Assembly (NCBI GenBank): GCA_029242945.1
Contig: JAQWSZ010000035.1
Location: forward strand, 12,695 to 76,694
Direction: 5' to 3'
DNA from: Gammaproteobacteria bacterium
GTDB lineage: Bacteria; Pseudomonadota; Gammaproteobacteria; Steroidobacterales; UBA11654
Length of the DNA stretch: 64,000 nucleotides
Positions 30,604 to 40,201 of this stretch are shown here, piece by piece. Made by a program: the position numbers and the translations under genes. Numbering within the stretch: the stretch's first letter is position 1; every line of letters starts with the position of its first letter. The notes under the pieces are model-generated. The model was not told where the DNA came from. It saw only the letters and a list, made by a program, of their open reading frames with translations, and ran no database searches.

Positions 30604-30822
30604 ATGCCTAAAGCAGATGCAATACAAATGAATGGAGTGGTAAAAGAAACACTTCCAAATACTATATTCAGAGTTGAATTAGAAAATGGACATATGATCA
30701 CAGCTCATATCTCTGGAAAAATGAGGAAAAATTATATTAGAATTCTTACTGGGGATAAAGTCTTAGTTGAAATGACTCCATATGATTTATCAAAAGGCAG
30801 AATTGTTTTCAGAGAAACCTAA
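30604..30822 (+). CDS. infA: translation initiation factor IF-1
   Basis: 72 aa, near-identical blocks to E. coli InfA ([15 protein letters not shown], [34 protein letters not shown]). Confidence 0.97.
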   Translation: MPKADAIQMNGVVKETLPNTIFRVELENGHMITAHISGKMRKNYIRILTGDKVLVEMTPYDLSKGRIVFRET

Positions 30823-30895
30823 TTTGATTGCTCTTTATAACATTTTATTGGAAAATAAAATAAGACGTCAAATATACAAACATAGGCCATATTAA

Positions 30896-31123
30896 ATGAA
30901 AAATAAAAACACTTTTAAAATTATATTAGCTATTTTATCAATATCACTTTTTAACGGATGTAGCTCACAATTAGAAAGTAGAGCTGAGCTAGAAAATCGT
31001 ATCAATGAACTAGAAGAAGAAAATATTGCAATACAACAAGAGGCTGAAGAAGCTGTAGAGATCGCTCAAGAAGAGGTAGAAAAAGCTGAAAGAATCTGGG
31101 AAAGAGACCAATCTAAAAAATAA
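30896..31123 (+). CDS. small coiled-coil lipoprotein, Lpp (Braun lipoprotein)-like
   Basis: Lipobox LFNGC followed by SS. The mature part (~53 aa) is heptad-like and acidic. C-terminal residue is Lys. Confidence 0.5.
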   Translation: MKNKNTFKIILAILSISLFNGCSSQLESRAELENRINELEEENIAIQQEAEEAVEIAQEEVEKAERIWERDQSKK

Positions 31124-31145
31124 ATTCTTTTCTTAGAATCACAAT

Positions 31146-32048
31146 TTAATAAGATATTTGACCTATAAGGCCAGATTTTTCCTTGAATATTTTCTTCACT
31201 TTATTCCAGTTAATAGTATCCCTATCAATTTTATTTCTAGTAAGATAATCCATCACCTTGGCTTCAAGATATGAATATTCTTCGTTTGTAAGATAATCGA
31301 ATTGAGCATTATGTACTTGCAGAAATATTTTATTTGCAGACTTTGCTAACTTTATAGGCTCATCAACCACTAATACTTTAGTGCCAATTGGGCTCATCTC
31401 AAATAATTCTTTTATATCTTCAGGAAAAAGACGTATGCATCCATGAGATATCTCCATACCCACTCCATCTGGTCTATTAGTGCCATGAATAAAATAACCC
31501 CCTGGTATATTTATTCGCATGGCTAACTTACCTAATGGATTATTGGGACCCGGTGGGACAATTGAATCTAATATCAAACCTTCTTGTTTGTATTCATCTC
31601 TAACTGACTTTGGAGGATACCATGCTGGATTTTCTAACTTGAGGTCAATTTCTGATAAACCTAGAGGTGTTTTCCAGTCCATTCTTCCGATACCAACAGG
31701 AAATGTTATTAATTGTCCATTTTGAATTAAATAACCTCTAAAATCAGAAAGATTTATAGTAATACCGTTATTGAGGTATTGACTGGGCAAGATGAATGCG
31801 CTCGGTATTTTTATTAAGGTGCCTTCACCCGGTAGCCATTTATCAACAGTTGGATTTGCTTGTATCATCTCATTAAATCCAAGGTTATATGTTCTCGCAA
31901 GATCTACCAATGTATCTTCATATACTGCTTTAACTTCTATTATCTCTCCATATATTTTTTGCGAAGGATCGTAAGAAAAATTAGTTGATGATTCTGAATA
32001 ATTAAAGGCAAAAAGGAAAAGAAATACTATGACTTTAGAGGTCTGCAT
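31146..32048 (-). CDS. L,D-transpeptidase with LysM domain (YkuD fold)
   Basis: LysM-like block (DTLVDLARTYNLGFNEMIQANP). Catalytic HGTNRPDGVGMEISHGCIRL. Start set at the ATG at 32048 (MQTSKVIVFLFLF signal); the track start at 32078 overlaps fabH. Confidence 0.8.
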   Translation of the reverse strand: MQTSKVIVFLFLFAFNYSESSTNFSYDPSQKIYGEIIEVKAVYEDTLVDLARTYNLGFNEMIQANPTVDKWLPGEGTLIKIPSAFILPSQYLNNGITINLSDFRGYLIQNGQLITFPVGIGRMDWKTPLGLSEIDLKLENPAWYPPKSVRDEYKQEGLILDSIVPPGPNNPLGKLAMRINIPGGYFIHGTNRPDGVGMEISHGCIRLFPEDIKELFEMSPIGTKVLVVDEPIKLAKSANKIFLQVHNAQFDYLTNEEYSYLEAKVMDYLTRNKIDRDTINWNKVKKIFKEKSGLIGQISY

Positions 32049-32050
32049 TC

Positions 32051-33016
32051 CTATATTTCTAAAATTACAGTGCCCCAAGTGAAACCAGCACCAAAGCTCT
32101 GCAATAAAACAGTATCCCCATTTTTAATTTTTCCTTCTCTAATGGATTGATCGAGTGCCAGTGGGATGGATGCAGCTGATGTGTTTCCATGATTAGTCAA
32201 ACTAATAACAACTTTATCTTCTGATATATTTAACCTTTTTGAAACTGCTTGAATAATTCTAATGTTAGCTTGATGCGGGATAAACCAATCAATATCATCT
32301 GCTGTCATATTAGCTTCTTTCAACGAATCCATAGCAATTCTTTCGAGAGTTTTTACAGCTACCTTGAAAACTTCGTTTCCTCTCATTTGAAGAAAATTAT
32401 CATTTCTTTCTTCTTTGATGGGTCTCTTTGAAGTTCCATAAGGTACATAGAGTAGATCAGAATAGGCACCATTAGCACCTAATTTTGAATGAATAATTCC
32501 TGGATCATTAGACGGTTTTAAAATTGCAGCACCTGCTCCATCTGCAAATAATACACAGGTATTCCGATCTTCCCAATCAGTTATCCTAGATAATGTTTCT
32601 GCACCAATAACTAAGGCGCATTTTGAGTCTCCTGATAAAATAAATTTATTGGCTAAATTGATCGCATAAATAAAACCACTGCATGCAGCTTCTATACTAA
32701 ATGCAGGGAAGTTCTTTAAGCCAATTTTTTCTTGAATGATAGTGCCAACATTGGGAGTTGGAACATCTGGTGTACAGGTTCCAACAATAATTAAATCAAT
32801 TTCATTTGCATCTATACCTGATCTCTCAATTGCTTTTTTAGCTGCTTCATAACCTAAATCTGAGGTGGCTTGCTCTGAATCTGCAATGGATCTTCTTTGG
32901 ATTCCAGTTCTTGTTCTGATCCACTCATCAGTAGTATCAACTTTCTTTTCTAGATCTTGATTGGTTACAACATTAGTTGGAAGATAGCTTCCTGTTGCGA
33001 TTATTTTTGAAAACAT
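32051..33016 (-). CDS. fabH: 3-oxoacyl-ACP synthase III
   Basis: Active-site AACSGF, HQAN and GNTSAAS blocks; synteny with plsX. Confidence 0.95.
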   Translation of the reverse strand: MFSKIIATGSYLPTNVVTNQDLEKKVDTTDEWIRTRTGIQRRSIADSEQATSDLGYEAAKKAIERSGIDANEIDLIIVGTCTPDVPTPNVGTIIQEKIGLKNFPAFSIEAACSGFIYAINLANKFILSGDSKCALVIGAETLSRITDWEDRNTCVLFADGAGAAILKPSNDPGIIHSKLGANGAYSDLLYVPYGTSKRPIKEERNDNFLQMRGNEVFKVAVKTLERIAMDSLKEANMTADDIDWFIPHQANIRIIQAVSKRLNISEDKVVISLTNHGNTSAASIPLALDQSIREGKIKNGDTVLLQSFGAGFTWGTVILEI

Positions 33017-33032
33017 TATCTAACTCAACCTC

Positions 33033-34022
33033 TTAAATCTCTGCTTTTAATTTCATAACTATATCTTCTTCAATTTCATCAATTGCAGTTAATAAGGCAT
33101 GATGAAATCCATATGCATCTGTCGCTCCATGACTCTTCACTACGATACCATTAAGACCTAAGAGCAAAGCTCCATTATAACGTCTTGGATCCAGCCTTTT
33201 TTTAAATCTAGCAAACACTGGCTTTGATAATAAACCAATCAATTTATTATATGTATTATAACCAAATGCATCTTTAATATAATTCGAGACTAAATTAACA
33301 CTACCTTCCATTGTCTTGATAACTATATTGCCTGTGAAACCATCAGTGACAACAACATCAGCAATATCTTCAACAATATTATTTGGTTCAATGAAACCTA
33401 TATAATTAAGTGATGTATCTTTGATCAATAAAGATGCTTCTTTGATAGTTTCACTCCCTTTAGTATCTTCTTGGCCAATATTAAGTAATCCTACTCTTGG
33501 TTTATTTATATGTTTAATTTCTTTTGCAACAGTAGATCCCATTAGAGCAAATTGAGTGAGTTGTTCCGCTGAACATAAAGTGTTTGCACCTAAGTCTAAA
33601 ATATAAACAAACCCTTTTTTTGTAGGGATAGAAGTCATCAATGCAGGTCTAGCAATACTAGGAATTGTTTTTAATGAATTTTTAGCAACTGCCATTAATG
33701 CAGCTGTATTACCTGAACTAATGCATGCTTGTGCTTTGTTATCCCTTACTAAATCAACAGCTATCCTCATCGAAGAGTTCTTCTTCTTTCTAAGGGCATC
33801 AATAGGTGAATCATCCATTGTTATAACCTCATCTGTATGAATGATTTCTATTCGTTTGGTATCCGTATTAGTAATCTTACTTTTTATACTTTCCGCATTA
33901 CCTACAAGTATAATTTTTATATCATCTCGAGATGAAAGGAGTTCTAGAGCTCCTAATATAGCTGCATCTGGGTCATTCTCACCACTCATCACATCCAGTG
34001 AAAGTGTTAGATAATTATTCAA
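33033..34022 (-). CDS. plsX: phosphate acyltransferase PlsX
   Basis: Length and blocks typical of PlsX (VMSGENDP, TDGFTGN); rpmF-plsX-fabH order. Confidence 0.9.
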   Translation of the reverse strand: MNNYLTLSLDVMSGENDPDAAILGALELLSSRDDIKIILVGNAESIKSKITNTDTKRIEIIHTDEVITMDDSPIDALRKKKNSSMRIAVDLVRDNKAQACISSGNTAALMAVAKNSLKTIPSIARPALMTSIPTKKGFVYILDLGANTLCSAEQLTQFALMGSTVAKEIKHINKPRVGLLNIGQEDTKGSETIKEASLLIKDTSLNYIGFIEPNNIVEDIADVVVTDGFTGNIVIKTMEGSVNLVSNYIKDAFGYNTYNKLIGLLSKPVFARFKKRLDPRRYNGALLLGLNGIVVKSHGATDAYGFHHALLTAIDEIEEDIVMKLKAEI

Positions 34023-34031
34023 ATGAATGCC

Positions 34032-34235
34032 TTACTCTTGTTCTTCTTCAACAGAACTTTTTTCTTTTATACTGATAACTTTCTTTCCTTTGTAGAAGCC
34101 TTGAGGGCTTATATTATGTCTAAGATGAGTTTCTCCAGTATTTTCATCATTTGTTAATGCGGGTGTGCTCGCTTTAATTTGAGATCTTCGCATATCTCTT
34201 CTTGATCTAGTTTTTCTTTTCTTTTGAACTGCCAT
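34032..34235 (-). CDS. rpmF: 50S ribosomal protein L32
   Basis: MAVQKKRKTRSRRDMRRS N-terminus. Confidence 0.95.
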   Translation of the reverse strand: MAVQKKRKTRSRRDMRRSQIKASTPALTNDENTGETHLRHNISPQGFYKGKKVISIKEKSSVEEEQE

Positions 34236-34264
34236 TGCTTTCTCCCTAGGCGTTTTATTACTTT

Positions 34265-34837
34265 TTAACCTTTCTTCAATATTTCTGATAATTCTGAAAA
34301 AGGCCTTTTCTTACTTTCCAAAACTTCTTTTTCTTCATTAATGGATAAAAACAAGCTTAAGGTATCGTTATTTTCACATAATTCAATACTTTTATGCATT
34401 ATTGACATTGGAATAACACTTAATATTTCATCTTCTATTATTTTTTCAATTGAAATTCCTTCCTGATCAATAGTAATTCTATTTACATGTGTTTCGCTTG
34501 TTATTGATGTGTCATTTTCATTAATAACCTCACAATCTATATTCAATTCATTAATCCATTCTATTGAACTCAAACAGCGTTGACATTCTAAAGTTAATGT
34601 CATACTTGAATTAACTATTATTTTAGGATTCATTGAACTACCTTTTAATAATTTTATATCTGAAACAATTCTATTGGTTGCAGAATCAATACTCATGACA
34701 ACATCAGATAATCTTGGATATTCATGAGCATAATTGATAATTTGAAATGAATAATCTCTTTTTGAAAGATCCAAATAATCTTTAAAATCTAAATTTTGTT
34801 TAAACATAATTTTTTGGACTATATAATTTACAATCAT
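34265..34837 (-). CDS. yceD: YceD/DUF177 large-subunit accumulation protein
   Basis: CQRCL motif; position upstream of rpmF as in E. coli. Confidence 0.8.
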   Translation of the reverse strand: MIVNYIVQKIMFKQNLDFKDYLDLSKRDYSFQIINYAHEYPRLSDVVMSIDSATNRIVSDIKLLKGSSMNPKIIVNSSMTLTLECQRCLSSIEWINELNIDCEVINENDTSITSETHVNRITIDQEGISIEKIIEDEILSVIPMSIMHKSIELCENNDTLSLFLSINEEKEVLESKKRPFSELSEILKKG

Positions 34838-34876
34838 TTTATCAGGTAAATAATATTTTTTAATTAAATCAAAACT

Positions 34877-35476
34877 ATGAGAAACACAATTAATAAAAAT
34901 ATTATTCTTGCATCAAGCTCAGTTCATCGAAAAGAACTTTTAGGAAAGTATATTTCTGACTTTAAATGTGTTGCTCCAAATGCAAATGAAATTGCATTGA
35001 AAAATGAGACTGGCAAAAACTTATGCATTAGACTTGCTAGAGATAAGGCTAATATTGTCGCAAAAAGTTATCCTAATAATATTATTATCGGTTCAGATCA
35101 AGTTGCTAATTTTAAAGATAAGAATCTAGGTAAACCTCATACCTATGAAAATGCGTTTAAAATAATAATGAAATTCTCAGGTGAAAATGTTTTCTTTAAT
35201 ACTGGGGTAGTTATTATAAGCCTCATTCACAATATTGATCTCTCTTACATTGATCAAACAATTATTAATTTTAAAAATTTCAAAGAAATTGACCTAATAC
35301 AATACTTGGATAGTCAAGATGACTTTAAAACAACAGCTGGAGTCAAAACTGAATCTGAATTGTTTCAGAAACTAATCAATAAAATTATATGCGATGATAA
35401 AGAAGCAATTATTGGTCTTCCAATTCAGTGGACTCTAAGTCAACTTGATAATATTTTTTCCAATCTAAATGATTGA
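34877..35476 (+). CDS. maf: Maf-like nucleoside triphosphate pyrophosphatase
   Basis: ILASSSVHRKELL N-terminal motif, GSDQV block; yceF position. Confidence 0.8.
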   Translation: MRNTINKNIILASSSVHRKELLGKYISDFKCVAPNANEIALKNETGKNLCIRLARDKANIVAKSYPNNIIIGSDQVANFKDKNLGKPHTYENAFKIIMKFSGENVFFNTGVVIISLIHNIDLSYIDQTIINFKNFKEIDLIQYLDSQDDFKTTAGVKTESELFQKLINKIICDDKEAIIGLPIQWTLSQLDNIFSNLND

Positions 35477-35483
35477 ATGATCT

Positions 35484-36428
35484 TTAGAATATTTCATCTA
35501 AAGTTTTTTTTAAACTACTAGGTAAAGCACATTTGATTTTAAATATTTGTCCATTTTCCGTTAAGGATGGAAATGAAATGGATTCCGCATGTAAAAATAA
35601 TCTATTTAGACTAGTATTCTGAGAGATTATATCGGGTTGTTCGCCGTATCTATCATCACCTGCCAATGATGAGTTTAGAAACTTAGCATGGGCTCTTATT
35701 TGATGTGTTCTTCCAGTCAAGGGTTTAATGTTATACAAACAACAATTGTTATATTTTTTTATTCTATTAAACAATGTTACTGATTTTTTACCTTCACTAT
35801 CTGGTATCGATATTCTTTTATTATTGTTAGCTCTGATAACTTTCAATGACTGATCTAAAGTAAAATTTGTTTTATCAAACTCTCCAACCAATAATCCAAT
35901 ATAATTCTTTTTAACTCGGCCATCTCTAAAATATTTATGTAATTTTCTTAAACGAGAACGCTTCTTTGAAATTAATAAACAGCCACTTGTATCCTTATCT
36001 AACCGATGTACAAGCTCTAAATCCTCTTTTATGTTTTTTCTATGAAGTCTTAATAATTCTATGATGCCTCCACTTATACCACTGCCTCCATGAACAGCTA
36101 TACCTGAAGGCTTATTTAAGACTAAAAATGAATCATCCTCATAAATAATAGTATTGTCTATCCATGTTAATGAATCTGGTTTTATTTTGAGCCTAGAGTC
36201 TTTAGTTGCATAGACTAAATTAGGTGGAACTCTTACCAAGTCACCACTTTTTATTCTATCTTTTGGTTTAACTCTTTTTGAATTAATTCTCACCTCACCT
36301 TTTCGAATCATGCTATATATTTTTTTTTGAGGTAATCCCTTAATTGATTTGATAAGAAAATTATCAAGTCTCATCCCATTGTCATTTTCATCGATATTGA
36401 ACTTATTAGTGGCTAGTTTTATATTCAT
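35484..36428 (-). CDS. rluC: 23S rRNA pseudouridine synthase RluC
   Basis: S4-like N-domain, HRLDKDTSG catalytic motif, divergent from rne as in E. coli. Confidence 0.85.
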   Translation of the reverse strand: MNIKLATNKFNIDENDNGMRLDNFLIKSIKGLPQKKIYSMIRKGEVRINSKRVKPKDRIKSGDLVRVPPNLVYATKDSRLKIKPDSLTWIDNTIIYEDDSFLVLNKPSGIAVHGGSGISGGIIELLRLHRKNIKEDLELVHRLDKDTSGCLLISKKRSRLRKLHKYFRDGRVKKNYIGLLVGEFDKTNFTLDQSLKVIRANNNKRISIPDSEGKKSVTLFNRIKKYNNCCLYNIKPLTGRTHQIRAHAKFLNSSLAGDDRYGEQPDIISQNTSLNRLFLHAESISFPSLTENGQIFKIKCALPSSLKKTLDEIF

Positions 36429-36690
36429 AAATGAATTAAATAATATTATGTAAAATATTGATAATTAGTGATATTCAGTTAAAAGTGTTATAGTTTAATC
36501 GTTAAAAATCAGGTTATCTGAATATGATAATCTATAAATGCTAGATAATTTAAATAAATCTAGAAAATAATAAAATTTTAACAAGAATTTTTTAAACAAA
36601 GACAAAATAGGAAAATTAGATAGATGATCTTTGTTGGTAGACAGACAGTTTTAAGTAGTAAATTAATAAAAGTAAAGAAAAACAACTTAA

Positions 36691-36717
36691 TTTTAGCATT
36701 AAATCGTAATGCTAAAA
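36691..36717 (+). promoter_or_regulatory. perfect 11-bp stem hairpin in the rne 5' leader
   Basis: TTTTAGCATTA-AATCG-TAATGCTAAAA, ~55 nt upstream of the rne ATG, inside a ~340-nt noncoding leader. Confidence 0.4.
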
Positions 36718-36770
36718 GCCAATAAGATAATTTAAATATATCTATCTAGTTGCCTAAAAAAGAGGTAACA

Positions 36771-38969
36771 ATGAAAAGAATACTTATAAATGCGACTCAG
36801 AAAGAAGAGCTGAGAGTTGCAATGGTTGATGGACAAAAACTTTATGACTTAGATATAGAAGTTGCATCAAAAATACAAAAGAAAAACAATATATACAAAG
36901 GTACAATCACTCGAGTAGAACCGAGTTTAGATTCTGTATTTGTTGACTTTGGCTCAGGTAGAAATGGATTCCTACCTGTTCGTGAAATATCAAAAGAATA
37001 TTTTCTAACACAACCAGTACCTGGTGAAAAACAAAATATCAAAAATCTTTTAAAAGAAGGACAAGAAATCGTCATACAAGTTGTCAAAGAAGAAAGAGGC
37101 AATAAAGGAGCAGCATTAACAACCTTTTTGAGTCTAGCAGGAAGATTTGTAGTTCTCATGCCGAATAATCCTAAAGGTGGAGGTATTTCAAGAAAAATAA
37201 CTGGAAAAGATAGAACTCAAACACTTGCAAGCTTGGATAATATAGAGATTCCAAAAGATGTCAGCATGATCATAAGGACTGCAGGTGTAGGAAGGGATGA
37301 CATTGAATTGCAATGGGACTTAAACTATCTAATGGAAATATGGAATTCCATTAAAGAATTAGCCATAAAAACTGAGAGTCCTGCTCTTATATTTCAAGAA
37401 AATAATCTTATTGTAAGAGCTATGAGAGACCATTTAGATGATGATATTGGAGAAATCATTATTGATGATGAATCAACATATAAAGATGCAAAAAAATATA
37501 TAAAACAAATAACTCCTAAGTACCTAAGGAAACTAAAATCTTACAAAGATTCAACTCCTTTATTTACAAAATTTCAAATTGAAAATCAAATTGAATCTGC
37601 TTACGCAAATGAGGTAATACTTCCGTCTGGTGGGACTGTTGTTATAGATTTCACCGAAGCATTAGTTTCTATTGATATTAATTCTGGAAAAGCTACAAAA
37701 GGAGCAGATATAGAAGCAACAGCAGTTCAGACAAACATAGAAGCTGCAGAAGAAATAGCTAGGCAATGCCGTTTAAGAGATATGGGTGGCTTACTAGTTA
37801 TTGATTTTATAGATATGAGGCAATATAAAAATCAAAAGATAGTAGTAAACACCCTAAGATCTGCAGTTAAACAAGATCGAGCAAGGATATCAATAGGAAA
37901 TGTTTCGAAATTTGGATTGGTCGAAATGTCAAGGCAGAGACTAAGACCTTCATTAGGGGACTCTGCTTATAGGATTTGCTCAAATTGCAGCGGTGTTGGA
38001 AAAGTCAGAAGTACAGAATCATTAGCATTATCAATTTTAAGATTAGTAGGCGAAGAAGCTAGAAAAGAGTATACAGAAAGTGTGGTAGCAGATATTCCTT
38101 CAGACGCAGCAACATATCTTTTAAATGAAAAAAGAGAATGGATTAAAGCAATAGAAGAAAGAGAAGGTATTAGCGTTGTCTTGATGTCTAATGCTGAGCT
38201 TTCTAGTGCAAATTTCTCGCTAAAAAGAGTTAGAAAGGATGAGCATAAATTACCTGCAAATAAAAAAGCTACTTTCAAACTTATGGGAAGTGCCAATAAC
38301 TCACATCAGAATTCAACTAAAAATAATGAAACAAAAAATGACAGTGAGGTACTTGATTCTAAGTACCCTCCTCTCACTGCATGGGATGTAGATGGAGTAA
38401 AAAGCCCTAATATTATTGACCGTTTTAAATTTTGGATTTCTACAACTAGCAGAAAAAAAACTAAACAAACTACAAAAAGAACCGCTACAAAAAGAAATAA
38501 TAGAAAGTCAAAAATAAATAATAAAGCTAAATCAAACTCGAATAGAAAAAGAAAACCAACGTCAAATATTAATAAATCTAAAAGAAAAGCACCTGTTAAG
38601 AAAGCTGAGAACAAAGCACCTGGTAAGAAAATAGATAGAAAAGCACCTGCTAAGAAAGCTGAGAACAAAACACCTGGTAAGAAAATAGATAGAAAAGCAC
38701 CTGCTAAGAAAGCTGAGAACAAAGCACCTGGTAAGAAAATAGATAGAAAAGTACCTGTTAAGAAAGCTGAGAACAAAGCACCTGGTAAGAAAATAGATAG
38801 AAAAGTACCTGTTAAGAAAGCTGAGAAGAAATCTAAAAAAACCTTTAAAGATAGTAATAAGTTGCCTAAAGATATTAAAAAGCCAAAGAGAGAAGGTTTA
38901 CCGGAAAATAATAATGCGAACAATCAACGAGTATTGCCTTGGGAAGACATTATTCCTCCAAAATCATAA
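36771..38969 (+). CDS. rne: ribonuclease E
   Basis: The MKRILINATQKEELRVAMVDGQKLYDLDIE N-terminus matches the RNase E/G catalytic domain. Start set at the ATG at 36771, preceded by AGAGG (the track starts at a TTG at 36750). The C-terminal half is low-complexity and Lys-rich. Confidence 0.95.
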   Translation: MKRILINATQKEELRVAMVDGQKLYDLDIEVASKIQKKNNIYKGTITRVEPSLDSVFVDFGSGRNGFLPVREISKEYFLTQPVPGEKQNIKNLLKEGQEIVIQVVKEERGNKGAALTTFLSLAGRFVVLMPNNPKGGGISRKITGKDRTQTLASLDNIEIPKDVSMIIRTAGVGRDDIELQWDLNYLMEIWNSIKELAIKTESPALIFQENNLIVRAMRDHLDDDIGEIIIDDESTYKDAKKYIKQITPKYLRKLKSYKDSTPLFTKFQIENQIESAYANEVILPSGGTVVIDFTEALVSIDINSGKATKGADIEATAVQTNIEAAEEIARQCRLRDMGGLLVIDFIDMRQYKNQKIVVNTLRSAVKQDRARISIGNVSKFGLVEMSRQRLRPSLGDSAYRICSNCSGVGKVRSTESLALSILRLVGEEARKEYTESVVADIPSDAATYLLNEKREWIKAIEEREGISVVLMSNAELSSANFSLKRVRKDEHKLPANKKATFKLMGSANNSHQNSTKNNETKNDSEVLDSKYPPLTAWDVDGVKSPNIIDRFKFWISTTSRKKTKQTTKRTATKRNNRKSKINNKAKSNSNRKRKPTSNINKSKRKAPVKKAENKAPGKKIDRKAPAKKAENKTPGKKIDRKAPAKKAENKAPGKKIDRKVPVKKAENKAPGKKIDRKVPVKKAEKKSKKTFKDSNKLPKDIKKPKREGLPENNNANNQRVLPWEDIIPPKS
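38586..38828 (+). repeat. in-frame 54-bp tandem repeat (~4.5 copies) in the rne 3' region
   Basis: Units start at 38586, 38640, 38694, 38748 and 38802 (partial). Each encodes KAP(V/A)KKAENK(A/T)PGKKIDR, with an internal 27-bp (9-aa KAPxKKxxx) sub-period. Confidence 0.9.
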
Positions 38970-39456
38970 TCTTTTCTTCAATGTAATCGATTAAACCTTC
39001 ACTAGCCTCATCAAGAAGATCTAGAACTAATTCAAACCCATTGATTTTTCCATAATATGGATCGGGTACTTCCGTCCACTCAGTTTGCTTTGAAAAATCT
39101 AGAAAAAGAGATAATTTATCCCTTTCATTAAAATTCATCATTGATTGAATATGAGTAAAATTCATTTTGTCCATTGCTAGAATAAGATTAAATTCAGAAA
39201 AATCAGATGTACTAATAGCCCTAGATTTTTGTGAGGAGATATCAATACCCCTTTTTAATGCTGCCTCTTGAGACCTCTTGTCTGGCTGTTGTCCTTGATG
39301 ATAATCATGAGTACCGCATGAATCTACAAAAACCATTTCACTTAATTTTTTTTCATTAATCTTATTCCTAAACACACCTTCTGCTGTTGGAGAACGACAT
39401 ATATTTCCCATACAAACAAATAAAACCTTATATTTATAATTATTCTCTGAATTCAT
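38950..39456 (-). CDS. low-molecular-weight protein-tyrosine phosphatase
   Basis: CMGNICRSP (CX5R-S/T) P-loop at the N-terminus; DPYYG block. Confidence 0.85.
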   Translation of the reverse strand: MNSENNYKYKVLFVCMGNICRSPTAEGVFRNKINEKKLSEMVFVDSCGTHDYHQGQQPDKRSQEAALKRGIDISSQKSRAISTSDFSEFNLILAMDKMNFTHIQSMMNFNERDKLSLFLDFSKQTEWTEVPDPYYGKINGFELVLDLLDEASEGLIDYIEEKIMILEE

Positions 39457-39457
39457 T

Positions 39458-40201
39458 CTAAAATGAACGATATATTCTGCGAACAGCTTCTAAGTCATCA
39501 TTTGTATCAACATCTGGCCCTGGATTTTTTTCTGCTTCATCAATTATGATACTTATACCTAAATCAAAGGCTCTTAATTGTTCAAGGTTATATTTGATTT
39601 CATTTTTAGAAGGCTGTGCATCACTAAATACCTTAAGAGAATCTCTCGTGTAAGCATATATACCAATATGTCTCCAAAATTTCTTTTTCTTTTTAAGACG
39701 TATATCCACATGTCGTTTAAAAGATATTGCTTTTTTTGTTTCTTGAATGAATTCAACTTTAACAACATTAGGATCTTCTATATCTTTATTCTCAATGATA
39801 CGAGTTGAAAGCGTGGCAATACACAAACCAGAATCTTCATGGGTATTAATCATTTTAGCAAGTTGATCTATATTCTCAAATGGCATTAAAGGATTATCAC
39901 CTTGCAGGTTTACAATTACTTGATCATCATTCCAGTACTCATGATTAGCAACTTCATTAATACGGTCAGTACCTGACTGATGGGTCTGGTTAGTCATTAT
40001 CACTTTAGCATTAAAACTATTAGCAATATCCTTAATCATTTGATTATCTGTAGCTATGATTACATCTTTAGCTGAAGATTTTCTGGCTGCATCATAAACT
40101 CTTTGTATTAACGGTTTTCCCTCGATGTCGGCCAGAGGTTTTCCAGGTAGTCTTTTGGACTCATATCTTGCTGGAATAACAATTACATAATTTGAATTCA
40201 T
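39458..40201 (-). CDS. kdsB: 3-deoxy-manno-octulosonate cytidylyltransferase
   Basis: VIPARYESKRLPGKPL N-terminal motif; lpxK-kdsB synteny. Confidence 0.9.
   Translation of the reverse strand: MNSNYVIVIPARYESKRLPGKPLADIEGKPLIQRVYDAARKSSAKDVIIATDNQMIKDIANSFNAKVIMTNQTHQSGTDRINEVANHEYWNDDQVIVNLQGDNPLMPFENIDQLAKMINTHEDSGLCIATLSTRIIENKDIEDPNVVKVEFIQETKKAISFKRHVDIRLKKKKKFWRHIGIYAYTRDSLKVFSDAQPSKNEIKYNLEQLRAFDLGISIIIDEAEKNPGPDVDTNDDLEAVRRIYRSF

Noticed and set aside
32049-32078. Extended N-termini given by the ORF track (Ldt 32078, rne 36750, OAT 56473, amtB 12852, cytochrome 4200, lpxK 41250, VanZ-like 26567)
   Set aside because: In each case a downstream ATG fits better. It has a better Shine-Dalgarno spacing, a proper signal peptide or homologous N-terminus, and less overlap with the upstream gene. 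The extensions are treated as artefacts of longest-ORF calling.
38306-38923. 205-aa minus-strand ORF with striking FLSIFLPGALFSAFL repeats
   Set aside because: It is the antisense reading of the rne 54-bp tandem repeat. The repeat periodicity is explained by the RNase E frame, which has clear homology upstream.
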